Source of the DNA: Eubacteriales bacterium
GTDB lineage: Bacteria > Bacillota > Clostridia > Oscillospirales > Butyricicoccaceae
Direction: 5' to 3'
NCBI GenBank assembly: GCA_030524285.1
Contig: JAUNGQ010000009.1
Coordinates: 458-64,457 of the forward strand
Length of the DNA: 64,000 bases
In this document: in pieces, positions 18,103-28,212 of the stretch
How the letters are laid out: the number at the start of each line of letters is the position of its first letter
Numbering within the stretch: the first letter of the stretch is position 1
Notes under the pieces: generated by a model
What the model was told of the DNA's origin: nothing
What the model saw: only the letters and a program-made list of their open reading frames with translations
Databases searched by the model: none
Position numbers and translations under genes: made by a program

Positions 18103-20120
18103 TTCTCACGCACCTGAATTCCATTCTGCCGACAGTACTGCCATGCATAGCTGTTATAATTTGCAATCACCGTCAGCCTGTTGCCTACAAAATACCGTTT
18201 TCCTTTGGATGGAAATGCGTTTTCTCCAATCTGTCGGACGGAATCTGGTATACGGATTGTTTGCAGACTATCACAATGTGCAAATGCCTGTACGCCAATC
18301 CGGCGGACGCCCTCTGGAATGACCAGCTTTGTCAGCGAAGTACAGCCATAAAATGCCCTGTCACGAATTTCCGCTAAGCGGAAGGGGAAATCAAACTGCT
18401 GCAAAGCTGTGCAGCCTGCAAAGCATTCCTCTGATATAATTGCCAAACGCAAAGATAGCTGTACAGAGTTGAGCCTTTTACAATCGGAAAACGCGCCTGC
18501 ACCCAGACGGATACAGCTGTCCGGCAATAGGATTTTCTGCAAGCCGCTTCCATGGAATGCATTTTCCCCAATGCTGCGCAAATGCGTGGGAAAGGTTACC
18601 TGATACAGTGCTGTGCATCCTGCGCACAGTTCCTCACCCAAAGCCTCTATTTGCTCCGGCAACCGCAGGGATACCAGAGAGGAACAGCCCATAAATACCT
18701 GTTCCCCCATTTCCCGGACAGACTCCGGCAACTGGCAGCGGGTAAGCTTTGCATTGTCTGCAAATGCCTGTTTCCCAATATTCTCCAGCCCCTCTTCACA
18801 ACGAACCTCACTGAGGCTCCCACAACGTGCAAAGGCTTCTTCCCCTATCTGTACGACATAACCGCCGATTTTCGCGGACACAAGATCTCTGCGGCCCCGA
18901 AATGCCCTGTCTGAAATTGAAGTATACTCTTTGATAACCAGATGATTAAACGGAAACCATGGCGCCCGGATACGCCACATGGGTAAACGTGCTGCAATAC
19001 GCGGCGTCAATGCACCTCCCGGCAATGCATCTTCCCTTTCCAGTACACGTGCATCTAACTTTCTCGCCATATACCGCATTTCCGGTGTCGATACAACAGA
19101 CAAGCCAAATACATGCAAAATACTCTTCTTCTGCTCCTGCGGATGCCAGAAATCCAGCGCCTGCTCTGGCGCTGTGACAACAACTGTTTTTGGTCGATCC
19201 ATCTGGCAAATCGCCTCATACATCTCTTGCGCAGATGCAAACCGATCCTCCGGCTTATATGCACACGCTTTCAGAATAACCTGACTAAATACTTCATCCG
19301 CCTGTGAAGGAGGCGTCAGCTTCTCTCCCGACAAGCGACGCATGACTGCTTCCTCCCATGCACTGCGCGGCAGCCCTTCATAATAAAATGGCAAGTAACC
19401 ATCATTTGCCAGCTGATACAACACCAGCCCCAGACAATAAATATCGACTCGCGCATCATAATAATCTGTCGTCAAATCACCGTTCTTCCTGTTAAAAACC
19501 TCCGGTGCAACATATTGCTTGGTACCAATTGCAGTCTGGGCGTGCAGTGTACCGTGCAGCTGCTTGGCAATACCAAAATCCCCCAGCTTATAATCCCCAA
19601 ATTCATTTTGGAAAATATTATTCGGATTGATATCCCGGTGCAGTATATCACATTGATGACAGCGGATCAGACCACAACAGATATCCTTTCCAAGCTTTTT
19701 AGCTTCTTCAACAGATTGCAGCCGCCCACCATTGCGCCGCATGATGCGCCCTACATTCTGTAAAAGCTCCATGCGGATCAGCAAATCATAGCCCACAACC
19801 CTTCCATCTTCTATAATCTCAAAAATAGCATGGTCATCCATATTAACCACATTGCTCAAACCACGCAACCGGCGCAATGTCTCTACTTCACTCATAGCAG
19901 CTTCATATGCCAGCTGCTTCAGCTTATCCGGTGTTGCCGCCAGTTTATGATCGGGCAAAATCTCAATTGCTTTGATTGCAGCCGTTGATACCGTTCCAAA
20001 CAAATCCTGATATTCCACACGGTAAACGCGTCCATAGCTCCCGCTTCCAATTTCCCCGCGCAGATACCAGCCGCCAAACAGCGGTTCATGCTGATGCAAC
20101 CGTTCTTCCAATCCCGGCAT
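18099..20120 (-). CDS. Hanks-type Ser/Thr kinase fused to BspA-type (LRR_5) leucine-rich repeats
   Basis: GSGSYGRV, AIK, HRDINPNN, KLGDFG, APE and DIYCLG; C-terminal xxIGxxAFxxCxxL repeats. Confidence 0.9.
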   Translation of the reverse strand: MPGLEERLHQHEPLFGGWYLRGEIGSGSYGRVYRVEYQDLFGTVSTAAIKAIEILPDHKLAATPDKLKQLAYEAAMSEVETLRRLRGLSNVVNMDDHAIFEIIEDGRVVGYDLLIRMELLQNVGRIMRRNGGRLQSVEEAKKLGKDICCGLIRCHQCDILHRDINPNNIFQNEFGDYKLGDFGIAKQLHGTLHAQTAIGTKQYVAPEVFNRKNGDLTTDYYDARVDIYCLGLVLYQLANDGYLPFYYEGLPRSAWEEAVMRRLSGEKLTPPSQADEVFSQVILKACAYKPEDRFASAQEMYEAICQMDRPKTVVVTAPEQALDFWHPQEQKKSILHVFGLSVVSTPEMRYMARKLDARVLEREDALPGGALTPRIAARLPMWRIRAPWFPFNHLVIKEYTSISDRAFRGRRDLVSAKIGGYVVQIGEEAFARCGSLSEVRCEEGLENIGKQAFADNAKLTRCQLPESVREMGEQVFMGCSSLVSLRLPEQIEALGEELCAGCTALYQVTFPTHLRSIGENAFHGSGLQKILLPDSCIRLGAGAFSDCKRLNSVQLSLRLAIISEECFAGCTALQQFDFPFRLAEIRDRAFYGCTSLTKLVIPEGVRRIGVQAFAHCDSLQTIRIPDSVRQIGENAFPSKGKRYFVGNRLTVIANYNSYAWQYCRQNGIQVREK

Positions 20121-20157
20121 GGAATGTCATTCCTTTCTTTTACTTCCTTACTTTAAA

Positions 20158-20186
20158 ATTATAACAAAGGTTACATATACAGTCAA
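20158..20186 (-). promoter_or_regulatory. Near-consensus sigmaA promoter of the kinase-alkD operon
   Basis: TTGACT(20186-20181)-17-TATAAT(20163-20158) with extended TG. Confidence 0.75.
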
Positions 20187-20255
20187 ATCCAGACGAATTC
20201 GCGAAATTGTAAACTTTATATGACCAGATCCTTAACAATTTCCTAAGGGAGATGG

Positions 20256-20294
20256 AAAAAACCTCTCCGGCACGTATCAACAATACCGGAGAGG
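20256..20294 (-). terminator. Terminator of the MATE gene
   Basis: CCTCTCCGG...CCGGAGAGG followed by a T run on the minus strand. Confidence 0.75.
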
Positions 20295-20316
20295 CTTCTG
20301 TTATAGCAATATGTAA

Positions 20317-21702
20317 TTATGCGGCCTTTCTGTTCTGCGCTTCACGCAATGGGACAAAAATCTTTTTGTTGATCTGACGCATAAAAATAACAGAGCACGT
20401 CAGTGATGCAATCTCTGCAATCGGGAAAGACCACCATACAGCATTGACATTGCCAGTCATGGACAGCAAGTATGCCGCTGGGAGCAGAACGATCAGCTGC
20501 CGTGCAAATGATACCAGCAAGCTGTATATGCCGTTCCCCAATGCCTGAAAGGTTGACGAGCTGATAATACAAATACCCGCGATCAGGTAGCTCCATGAAA
20601 TTGTACGCAACGCCGGCTCACCGATCGCCAGCATGTCTGCTGATGCATTGAAGAAGCCGAGCAGCACATCCGGAATAAACTGGAAGGCAGCTAGTCCAAC
20701 CAGCATCAGAATCTCCGCATAAGTCATGGCTAGTTTGATAGTCTTTGTGATACGATCCGGCTTTGCAGCGCCATAGTTATAGGCAATAATCGGAACCATA
20801 CCATTATTCAGGCCAAAAATCGGCATAAAGATAAACGACTGCAGCTTGAAGTAGACGCCGAAAACTGCTGTTGCTGTCGAAGTGAATGCGAGCAGGATAC
20901 GATTCATACCGTATACCATAACGGAAGAAATCGACATCATCAGGATTGACGGAATGCCAACGCTGTAAATCTGCTGAATAATACGTCCTTGCGGACGAAA
21001 GCTGCGGAAATTCAGGCTAATATCTGTATTTACCTTGATATTGAAAATAATTGCCAGAATACATGCGACAATCTGTCCAAATACGGTTGCCAATGCCGCA
21101 CCTGCAATGCCAAGCTCCGGTGCGCCGAACAGACCGAAAATTAGAATCGGATCCATGATAATATTGATTACTGCGCCAACGCTCTGCGTGATCATCGTGT
21201 AAAACGTACGTCCTGTTGCCTGTAGGATGCGTTCAAATGTCATCTGCATAAACATACCGATAGAGCAAACAGAGCAAATGCTCAGATAAGTTTCACCATA
21301 TTGTACAATTACAGCATTGTCCGTCTGGGTGCGGAAGAAAAAGCCGCAGGCGATCAGTCCGAAAATGAAAAACACTAGATAGCTGCATATCGTAAGGAAA
21401 ACACCATTCTTTGCAGCATTATTGGCAGCCTCCTGATTTTTCGCACCAAGCGAACGGGAAAGCAATGCATTCATACCGACACCGGTACCGGATGCAACTG
21501 CAATCATTAAATTCTGCACTGGGAATGCCAGTGAAACTGCTGTCAGTGCATCCTCACAGATACGCGATACAAAGATACTGTCTACAATATTATACATTGC
21601 CTGTACAAGCATCGAAACAATCATCGGCAATGCCATTGTAATCAGCAGTTTGTTTACCGGCATGACACCCATTTTGTTTTCCTGTTTAACAGTCTCAGCC
21701 AT
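20317..21702 (-). CDS. MATE family efflux transporter
   Basis: MYNIVDSIFV, NIIMDPILIFG, GIAGAALAT and YNYGAAKPDR; about 12 TMs. Confidence 0.94.
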   Translation of the reverse strand: MAETVKQENKMGVMPVNKLLITMALPMIVSMLVQAMYNIVDSIFVSRICEDALTAVSLAFPVQNLMIAVASGTGVGMNALLSRSLGAKNQEAANNAAKNGVFLTICSYLVFFIFGLIACGFFFRTQTDNAVIVQYGETYLSICSVCSIGMFMQMTFERILQATGRTFYTMITQSVGAVINIIMDPILIFGLFGAPELGIAGAALATVFGQIVACILAIIFNIKVNTDISLNFRSFRPQGRIIQQIYSVGIPSILMMSISSVMVYGMNRILLAFTSTATAVFGVYFKLQSFIFMPIFGLNNGMVPIIAYNYGAAKPDRITKTIKLAMTYAEILMLVGLAAFQFIPDVLLGFFNASADMLAIGEPALRTISWSYLIAGICIISSSTFQALGNGIYSLLVSFARQLIVLLPAAYLLSMTGNVNAVWWSFPIAEIASLTCSVIFMRQINKKIFVPLREAQNRKAA

Positions 21703-21788
21703 AAAATCAAACCTTTCTTTGAAAAATAATATTGAAATAGAAAAGCAGACGAAAAGAACAGATTCCTCTCTTCTTCCCGCCGCTTATA

Positions 21789-22133
21789 TCAGCATTCGTA
21801 TTCGTCAATCTCGAAACGGTTGCCATCGTCATATCCAACATCAAGATATTCCATAACAGCCAGCGCTTCCCAGCAGTCACACAATCGTACCTGCTGGACA
21901 ATATCCATCTTATCCCACTGGGATCGGGTACACAGCTTACGTGTGCAGGCAAGGCTATCCTTGTAATTGGTCCGAATCCAGCGTTCCGGATCCTCGATGT
22001 GAATCTCACAGACGTTATTTCCTTTGGGATCAATAATCTGCATTGGCAAATCCTTCTTAAATCGGCCGGAAACAAATATACTCTTGAGCAATCCGGCAAG
22101 CGAAACGACGGAAGAAATTGTTTTGGTTGTCAT
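21789..22133 (-). CDS. Hypothetical protein
   Basis: AAGGAG RBS before ATG at 22133; fills the gap between corA and MATE on the same strand. Confidence 0.6.
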   Translation of the reverse strand: MTTKTISSVVSLAGLLKSIFVSGRFKKDLPMQIIDPKGNNVCEIHIEDPERWIRTNYKDSLACTRKLCTRSQWDKMDIVQQVRLCDCWEALAVMEYLDVGYDDGNRFEIDEYEC

Positions 22134-22167
22134 GCTTTTCTCCTTATTTCTCAAAATTGATGTGGCA

Positions 22168-23106
22168 TCAGTACAGCTTGTGCTTTTTCAGGAACTGCCA
22201 TGCGATAATGCACGCGACAATGGATACAATCGCCGGAATAAAGCTGACTGCACCTGGCAGATACGAAACATTCATGCCATAAAAACCAAATACCATATTG
22301 GGAATTGTCATAATCAGGGTGATAACCGTCAATGCCTTCATGATATCATTCATGTTGTTGGATACAACCGAAGCATAGGCTTCCATGGTTCCAGCCAAAA
22401 TGGTGGAATAAATACCAGACATTTCGATTGCCTGACGGATTTCAATCAAGGCATCCTCCAGCAGATCACGATCATCCTCATACAGCTTTAAAATGCGTCC
22501 GCGCAGAACCTTTTCCATGGTTACTTCATTGCCCTTTAAGGACGCAGAAAAGTAAACGAGGGATTTTTGTAAACCAAGCAGCTGCATCAGGTCCTCATTT
22601 TCCTGACTGTCATACAAACGGCGTTCAATCTCATTGAAGCTGCGTTCAATGCGATGCAAATAATTCAGGAATCGCCCTGCCACACGCAGCAGCAGCTGAA
22701 AGACAAACCGGGTACGCATTGCAGTATATACGCCGCGCACAGCTTTTCCATTGGCGATATCGCGGGTGACGCTGGTTTCCCGCAAACATACTGTAATCAC
22801 GACATTCTCTGCTACAACAATGCCCATTGGCAGAGTTGCATACATCTGCACATCACGGGTAATGCTATCGCTTTCTTCCTCTACCGGTATATCGACAATC
22901 AACAGTGCCTGATCGTCTTCTACCTCAACACGCGAGGATTCCTCCGGGTCAAGTGCAGCGCGGACAAACCCGGCATCCAGCCGTTGTGAGAAAATAACGC
23001 TTTCAACCTCCGCCTGTGTCGGGTTCACCATATTGATCCAGCAGCCGGGAACTGCTTCGTCCAATCGAACCATTTTCCCTGCTTCTGATTTCAAATATTC
23101 AACCAT
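22168..23106 (-). CDS. corA: CorA family Mg2+/Co2+ transporter
   Basis: GFYGMNV signature and two C-terminal TMs. Confidence 0.92.
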   Translation of the reverse strand: MVEYLKSEAGKMVRLDEAVPGCWINMVNPTQAEVESVIFSQRLDAGFVRAALDPEESSRVEVEDDQALLIVDIPVEEESDSITRDVQMYATLPMGIVVAENVVITVCLRETSVTRDIANGKAVRGVYTAMRTRFVFQLLLRVAGRFLNYLHRIERSFNEIERRLYDSQENEDLMQLLGLQKSLVYFSASLKGNEVTMEKVLRGRILKLYEDDRDLLEDALIEIRQAIEMSGIYSTILAGTMEAYASVVSNNMNDIMKALTVITLIMTIPNMVFGFYGMNVSYLPGAVSFIPAIVSIVACIIAWQFLKKHKLY

Positions 23107-23218
23107 AGCACACACCTCCCGTTCATTTTTTTCTATCCGATGAAAAGCCCTTCCTCCGAAGAAGAAGGGCCGGTCAACTGTGTAAAATGTTCGAATAAAC
23201 GCGAATCAGTCGACAAAA

Positions 23219-24385
23219 TTATTTGCTGCTGAAAATCTTCATAATATCAGCAAACGGATCGTCTGCTTCAACTGTCTGTCCCTCTGCAACACTTGCCTTA
23301 GCCTGAGACGGCTGCGGCTGTACCGGCGCTACCGGAGATGCAGAGAAGGTCTGTGCCGGAGCAGAGAAAGCCGAAGCTGTTTTCTTTGCATTGGAGAAGA
23401 TTGCGGACTGCTCCTGCTTGGCAGCCGGAGGGTTGTCAAAGCCTGTCGCGATTACAACAACACGGATTTCATCGTCTGCCTCCTCAGCGATGGAAGCGCC
23501 GAAGATGATATGTGCATCCGGATGTGCCGCAGCCTGAACCATGCTTGCAGCCTGCTCAATTTCATCCAGACCAATGTCGTCCGAGCCAATGACAGACAGA
23601 ATCACACCATGCGCACCGTTGATTGAGGTTTCCAACAGCGGAGACTGAATTGCCATCTTGGCAGCTTCTTCCGCCTTATCCTTGCCGGAAGCAGAGCCAA
23701 CGCCCATATGTGCATAGCCAGCACCCTTCATAACAGAAGTAACGTCAGCGAAATCCAGGTTAATCAATCCCGGAACAGTAATCAGCTCGGAAATTGATGC
23801 AACTGCCTGACGCAGTACATTATCTGCAATTTCAAACGCATTCTTAAAGCTGATCTTCTGATCGGTTACGTATTTCAGACGCTCATTCGGGATAACAATC
23901 AGGGAGTCGACATTTTCCTTCAGGTTTTCAATACCCTCATTTGCCTGTTCCATGCGCTTCTTACCCTCGAAGCCAAACGGTCTGGTAACAACGCCGACTG
24001 TCAGGATACCCATCTCGCGTGCGATCTGCGCTACGATCGGTGCGCCGCCCGTGCCTGTGCCGCCGCCCATACCAGCGGTAATAAATACCATATGTGCGCC
24101 TTCCAAGGCCTTTGCGATATCCTCGCGGCTCTCTTCTGCTGCCTTACGTCCGGTTTCCGGTCTGGAGCCTGCACCCTGACCCTTGGTCAGCTTTGTACCG
24201 ATCTGAATCTTCACCGAAGCCTCAGAACGGTTCAGCGCCTGCTTATCGGTATTGACTGCAATAAACTCAACACCCTGCAGACCGCTCACAACCATTCGAT
24301 TCACAGCATTATTGCCGCCGCCGCCAACACCGATAACCTTAATGTTGACAACGGTATCATAATCCATTTCAAACTCGAAACCCAT
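23219..24385 (-). CDS. ftsZ: Cell division protein FtsZ
   Basis: [16 protein letters not shown] and NLDFADV. Confidence 0.99.
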   Translation of the reverse strand: MGFEFEMDYDTVVNIKVIGVGGGGNNAVNRMVVSGLQGVEFIAVNTDKQALNRSEASVKIQIGTKLTKGQGAGSRPETGRKAAEESREDIAKALEGAHMVFITAGMGGGTGTGGAPIVAQIAREMGILTVGVVTRPFGFEGKKRMEQANEGIENLKENVDSLIVIPNERLKYVTDQKISFKNAFEIADNVLRQAVASISELITVPGLINLDFADVTSVMKGAGYAHMGVGSASGKDKAEEAAKMAIQSPLLETSINGAHGVILSVIGSDDIGLDEIEQAASMVQAAAHPDAHIIFGASIAEEADDEIRVVVIATGFDNPPAAKQEQSAIFSNAKKTASAFSAPAQTFSASPVAPVQPQPSQAKASVAEGQTVEADDPFADIMKIFSSK

Positions 24386-24598
24386 GTCTGATCTCCTCCG
24401 TCGTTTTATATGAAGTATTTTTTTCCAATTTCACTTGTGAAGAACACTTTGCCGGTTTCTGCAAAGGCTCCAAAAAATCTATTTTCTTCATTCTACCTCT
24501 TTCCCGCTGTTTTTGCAAGATAAGATAGTACATTCTTCAAAAAAACTTCTTATTTTCCCTTGAAATTCTATTCTCTGTTGCTGCAGCAGCCGGAAATT

Positions 24599-25690
24599 TC
24601 ATCCAATTATGTGCAGTCTCAGCATAAAATTGCCAGACCATACAAAGCCCGTCGAGGTATCTGCTGTTTCGTCCTCCGCTCCATCTGCCGCATCGTCTGA
24701 AACTGTGTCGTCTTCGTCTGTGGTTTCCACGGGAGCTTCACCCTCCGCCGTATCGGAGTCCTCAGGTTCATCGTCCTCCGTTCCACGCTCTTCTGATGCA
24801 TTATCATTGATATTGACATCACCTTCCTCAAAAACAACCGTCTGATCCGAAGCGCTCTCCTCTTCCGGACGATAACGTGCTTCTGAGGCGCCGGTCAGAT
24901 CAATAATGCCACTTTCCGGGAGGGACGGCTCCTTGAGAATTGCCTGAAGGAACTGGATTTTATGTTCCAGCTGTTCCTCATCCATGCTGCCCAACAGAAT
25001 CGTATACCGATCCTCATATTGTACACGGACGTCGTAAGCTTTCTGGATATCAATACTCCGGATTGAAGTATTCATTTCATATTGTGTCATCAGCTCCATC
25101 AGACGGATCACTGCAATAATTTTCTCATGCTTGTTGTCTGCGGTATCGCCAACCTCCAGACCTTCTGCCGAGGCGCCAATGATCTGTGTTGTTTCCTCTG
25201 CCGCCGCATCAGTTTCCCCTAAGATCTTACCTGTAATATCCAGCAGCAGGTAACCATCGCCCTGCTCCATGGAAAATACTGGTACACGGTCACTGACCTC
25301 AATCTGCAACGTACTCGGCATCTTCCTATGCAGCTTAATCGTATCCAGATAGGGATATTTTGCTTCCAGCAACGAAATGATATGCCCGGTATCCAGGAAA
25401 AACATATTATCGCCTTCCCGTACACCGCTGGTTTGGATCAATTCCTCCGGGGTATACCGTGTATCTCCGGTAACCGTTACCTCAGACACACGGAAAAATA
25501 CCGTTGGTGCAAATACAATCACAACTATAAGCAATACCACTAAAATGATCCGCCGCATGATGATACTCTGTCTGCGCCGTTTTTTCCGTCGCCGCATTTC
25601 CCGCGGGGAATTGCGTGAGGTGCGGCGATGGCTTCCGGCATTGCCGCTTTGCGATGGCTGTGAATGTTGAGAACGGACTTGCCTTGCCAT
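24599..25690 (-). CDS. ftsQ: FtsQ/DivIB with POTRA domain
   Basis: Basic N-terminus, single TM, POTRA (FRVSEVTVTG), IDL motif; position between murG and ftsZ. Confidence 0.85.
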   Translation of the reverse strand: MARQVRSQHSQPSQSGNAGSHRRTSRNSPREMRRRKKRRRQSIIMRRIILVVLLIVVIVFAPTVFFRVSEVTVTGDTRYTPEELIQTSGVREGDNMFFLDTGHIISLLEAKYPYLDTIKLHRKMPSTLQIEVSDRVPVFSMEQGDGYLLLDITGKILGETDAAAEETTQIIGASAEGLEVGDTADNKHEKIIAVIRLMELMTQYEMNTSIRSIDIQKAYDVRVQYEDRYTILLGSMDEEQLEHKIQFLQAILKEPSLPESGIIDLTGASEARYRPEEESASDQTVVFEEGDVNINDNASEERGTEDDEPEDSDTAEGEAPVETTDEDDTVSDDAADGAEDETADTSTGFVWSGNFMLRLHIIG

Positions 25691-25716
25691 GTTCCACTCC
25701 TCTCCGGCTGCCAGCC

Positions 25717-26841
25717 TTATTTCCGTGCAGCCTGCAAAATGTGCTGATAAATTTTTTCACTGGAATCCACAATCGCCATCGTCTTTGCATAGCGTCCCAT
25801 TTCCTCCAGCTTTTTGTCATCAGAAAGCAGCTCCGTTACTGCATCATACAGCTTCTGCGGTGTACATTCCGGTTCTGTAATGACTCTGCATGCACCTTTC
25901 TGTTCCAGTGCGCGCGCATTCTTTTCCTGATGGTTTTCCGCTACATACGGAGATGGAACAATCAAGGACGGCTTTCCAAGCACACATAGTTCTCCAAGTG
26001 TTGCGGCGCCCGCACGGCAGATCACCAGATCAGCCGCTGCCATGACATCAGCCATATCATAAATATACTCGCGCAACTCAATGTTCGGATGCTTGTCCAG
26101 ATCAACACCCTTTTCCTTTACGCTGTCCGGCAGCCATTTATATGCCGCCGTACCTGTCGCATGAATATGCCGGAAGCTGTCATGCTGGCTTTCCAGCTGA
26201 ATAAAACCCGCCATATGACGGTTCATATACAGCGCACCAAGGCTGCCCCAGAAGGAAACAACTAACTTTTCCTTTTCTGCCAGACCAAGCTTTTGCCTTG
26301 CTTTCTGACGATCTGCAAAGATAATGTCACCGCGTACCGGCGCACCGGTTAGGTGAATATTGGGACGATCCTCCAGCAGACTGCGGGTATTTTCAAAGCT
26401 GATGAGCACACGGTCTGCCTTTTTTGCACATGACTTGGTTACAACACCCGGAAATGCATTGACCTCCAACAGGACAGTTGGGATATGCAGCTGCTGTGCC
26501 GCATGAACCATCGGGAAGCTGGCATAGCCGCCGCAGCCTACAACAACATCCGGCTTATATTCCTTTAAGATCTTCTTGGCCTTGGCAGTTGCTGTTAAGG
26601 ACTTCTCCATCGTTGCAATGTTGTACACAATTGCAGAGGGAGAAAACGAACGCTTCAATCCACGCACATCGATCGTATACAGCTGATATCCTTCACGCGG
26701 TACCAGTCTGGATTCAATCCCTGTAGAGGTGCCTGCAAAACGGACTTCTGTGTCCGAACGGCGGGACTGGACATATTTTGCGATGGCAAGACCAGGGTTG
26801 ACATGTCCGCCGGTGCCGCCGCCTGTAATGAGCAATTTCAT
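25717..26841 (-). CDS. murG: MurG GlcNAc transferase
   Basis: GGGTGGH, GSLGA, CRAGA and HQEKNA. Confidence 0.97.
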   Translation of the reverse strand: MKLLITGGGTGGHVNPGLAIAKYVQSRRSDTEVRFAGTSTGIESRLVPREGYQLYTIDVRGLKRSFSPSAIVYNIATMEKSLTATAKAKKILKEYKPDVVVGCGGYASFPMVHAAQQLHIPTVLLEVNAFPGVVTKSCAKKADRVLISFENTRSLLEDRPNIHLTGAPVRGDIIFADRQKARQKLGLAEKEKLVVSFWGSLGALYMNRHMAGFIQLESQHDSFRHIHATGTAAYKWLPDSVKEKGVDLDKHPNIELREYIYDMADVMAAADLVICRAGAATLGELCVLGKPSLIVPSPYVAENHQEKNARALEQKGACRVITEPECTPQKLYDAVTELLSDDKKLEEMGRYAKTMAIVDSSEKIYQHILQAARK

Positions 26842-26879
26842 ATCAAACTACCCCTTTTCCTCATAATTTTATTGCGCCG

Positions 26880-28172
26880 TCAATCCTTTCGCGACGGCGG
26901 GATATTGCGGGAAATGTTTAGTAATATACCGATTTCCAGCAGCTGCATCACCAAAGCCGTACCGCCATAGCTGAACAGAGGGAGTGATGCACCGGTAACT
27001 GGGAATAAGCCGGATACAACGGCAAGATTCAGCAAAATCTGGAATGCAAACTGCATGGTAATGCCAACCGCAATCAGACTGCCGAAACGATCTTTGGCAC
27101 GCAATGCGACATAGAAGCCGCGAAAAACAAAATATGCAAATAATACCAGAATTAACGCCGCACCGATAAAACCCAACTCCTCGCAGACTACAGAGAAGAT
27201 GAAGTCATTAAACGGCTCCGGCAGATACAGGAATTTCTGCCTGCTCTCTCCGAGCCCCAGTCCGAAGGCACCACCGGAGCCAATCGCGATCAGGGACTGG
27301 ACTGCCTGCCAGCCTTTATCCGAAGCATAGGAAAACGGATCTAGAAATGCATTCAGTCGTGTCTGTACATGATCCATTGTAAAATATGCAGCGATTGCAA
27401 TAATCACACCGGCAATGCCCACTGGGATCAAAAACCAGACCCGCATACCCGCTACAAACAAAATCATAAACCCAATGACAACAAGGATCATTGCCGCAGA
27501 CATATGCGGCTCCATTGCCAGTAATAGAATAAACACGCCAATCAGTGCAGCGTACATCAGCAGGCTCTTGATAGAATGGACACTCTTTGGTCTGCCGCTC
27601 GCTACAGTAGCAAACAACAGGATAATAGCCAGCTTTGCAATTTCAGACGGCTGGAAGCCAAACAGCCAGCGCTGCGCCTGATTGATAGATGTACCCAAAG
27701 GCGTCAGTACCAGGATCAACATAATCAGGGATACCAGATACAGCCACTTTGCCCAGCCCCTATATTTGTGGTAATCATAACAGGAAGCAATCCACATAAT
27801 GACCAGACCAACCGCCGCCATCCCGAGTTGCCGAATAAAATAATAAAAGGGGCTAATATCACTGCTGTAGTATGCCTTTGGATAGCTGGAAGACATCAAT
27901 GCAATCAGGCCAATACCCAACAGCATAAACGTAATCAGCAAAAGCGGCGCGTCCATCTTCTTTTGCCGTTCTTCCATCAATCCGCGGAAAAACGGAGAAT
28001 TTTGCTGATACTGCTGTATCCGTGAACGACGCTGCTGTGTTCTCCTCGCCTTTTCTACCCTTTTGCCTGCTTTCTTCTGCCGGCGTACCGCATCCTTTTC
28101 CCTGCGCGGACTGCCAGATACAGCACGCCGACGTGCAGGCTTATTCCTTCCTGTGCGGGAAGCTGAAGACAT
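26880..28172 (-). CDS. ftsW: SEDS protein FtsW/SpoVE
   Basis: FQPSEIAK, AIGSGG, LPEPFNDFIF, EELG and SYGGT. Confidence 0.92.
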   Translation of the reverse strand: MSSASRTGRNKPARRRAVSGSPRREKDAVRRQKKAGKRVEKARRTQQRRSRIQQYQQNSPFFRGLMEERQKKMDAPLLLITFMLLGIGLIALMSSSYPKAYYSSDISPFYYFIRQLGMAAVGLVIMWIASCYDYHKYRGWAKWLYLVSLIMLILVLTPLGTSINQAQRWLFGFQPSEIAKLAIILLFATVASGRPKSVHSIKSLLMYAALIGVFILLLAMEPHMSAAMILVVIGFMILFVAGMRVWFLIPVGIAGVIIAIAAYFTMDHVQTRLNAFLDPFSYASDKGWQAVQSLIAIGSGGAFGLGLGESRQKFLYLPEPFNDFIFSVVCEELGFIGAALILVLFAYFVFRGFYVALRAKDRFGSLIAVGITMQFAFQILLNLAVVSGLFPVTGASLPLFSYGGTALVMQLLEIGILLNISRNIPPSRKD

Positions 28173-28212
28173 GGAAAATCACCTCCGTTTTCCTTTCTAC
28201 GAGTAATTCAAA

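Noticed and set aside
23107-23218. M-box riboswitch upstream of corA
   Set aside because: Only about 110 bp, occupied by the ftsZ terminator hairpin.
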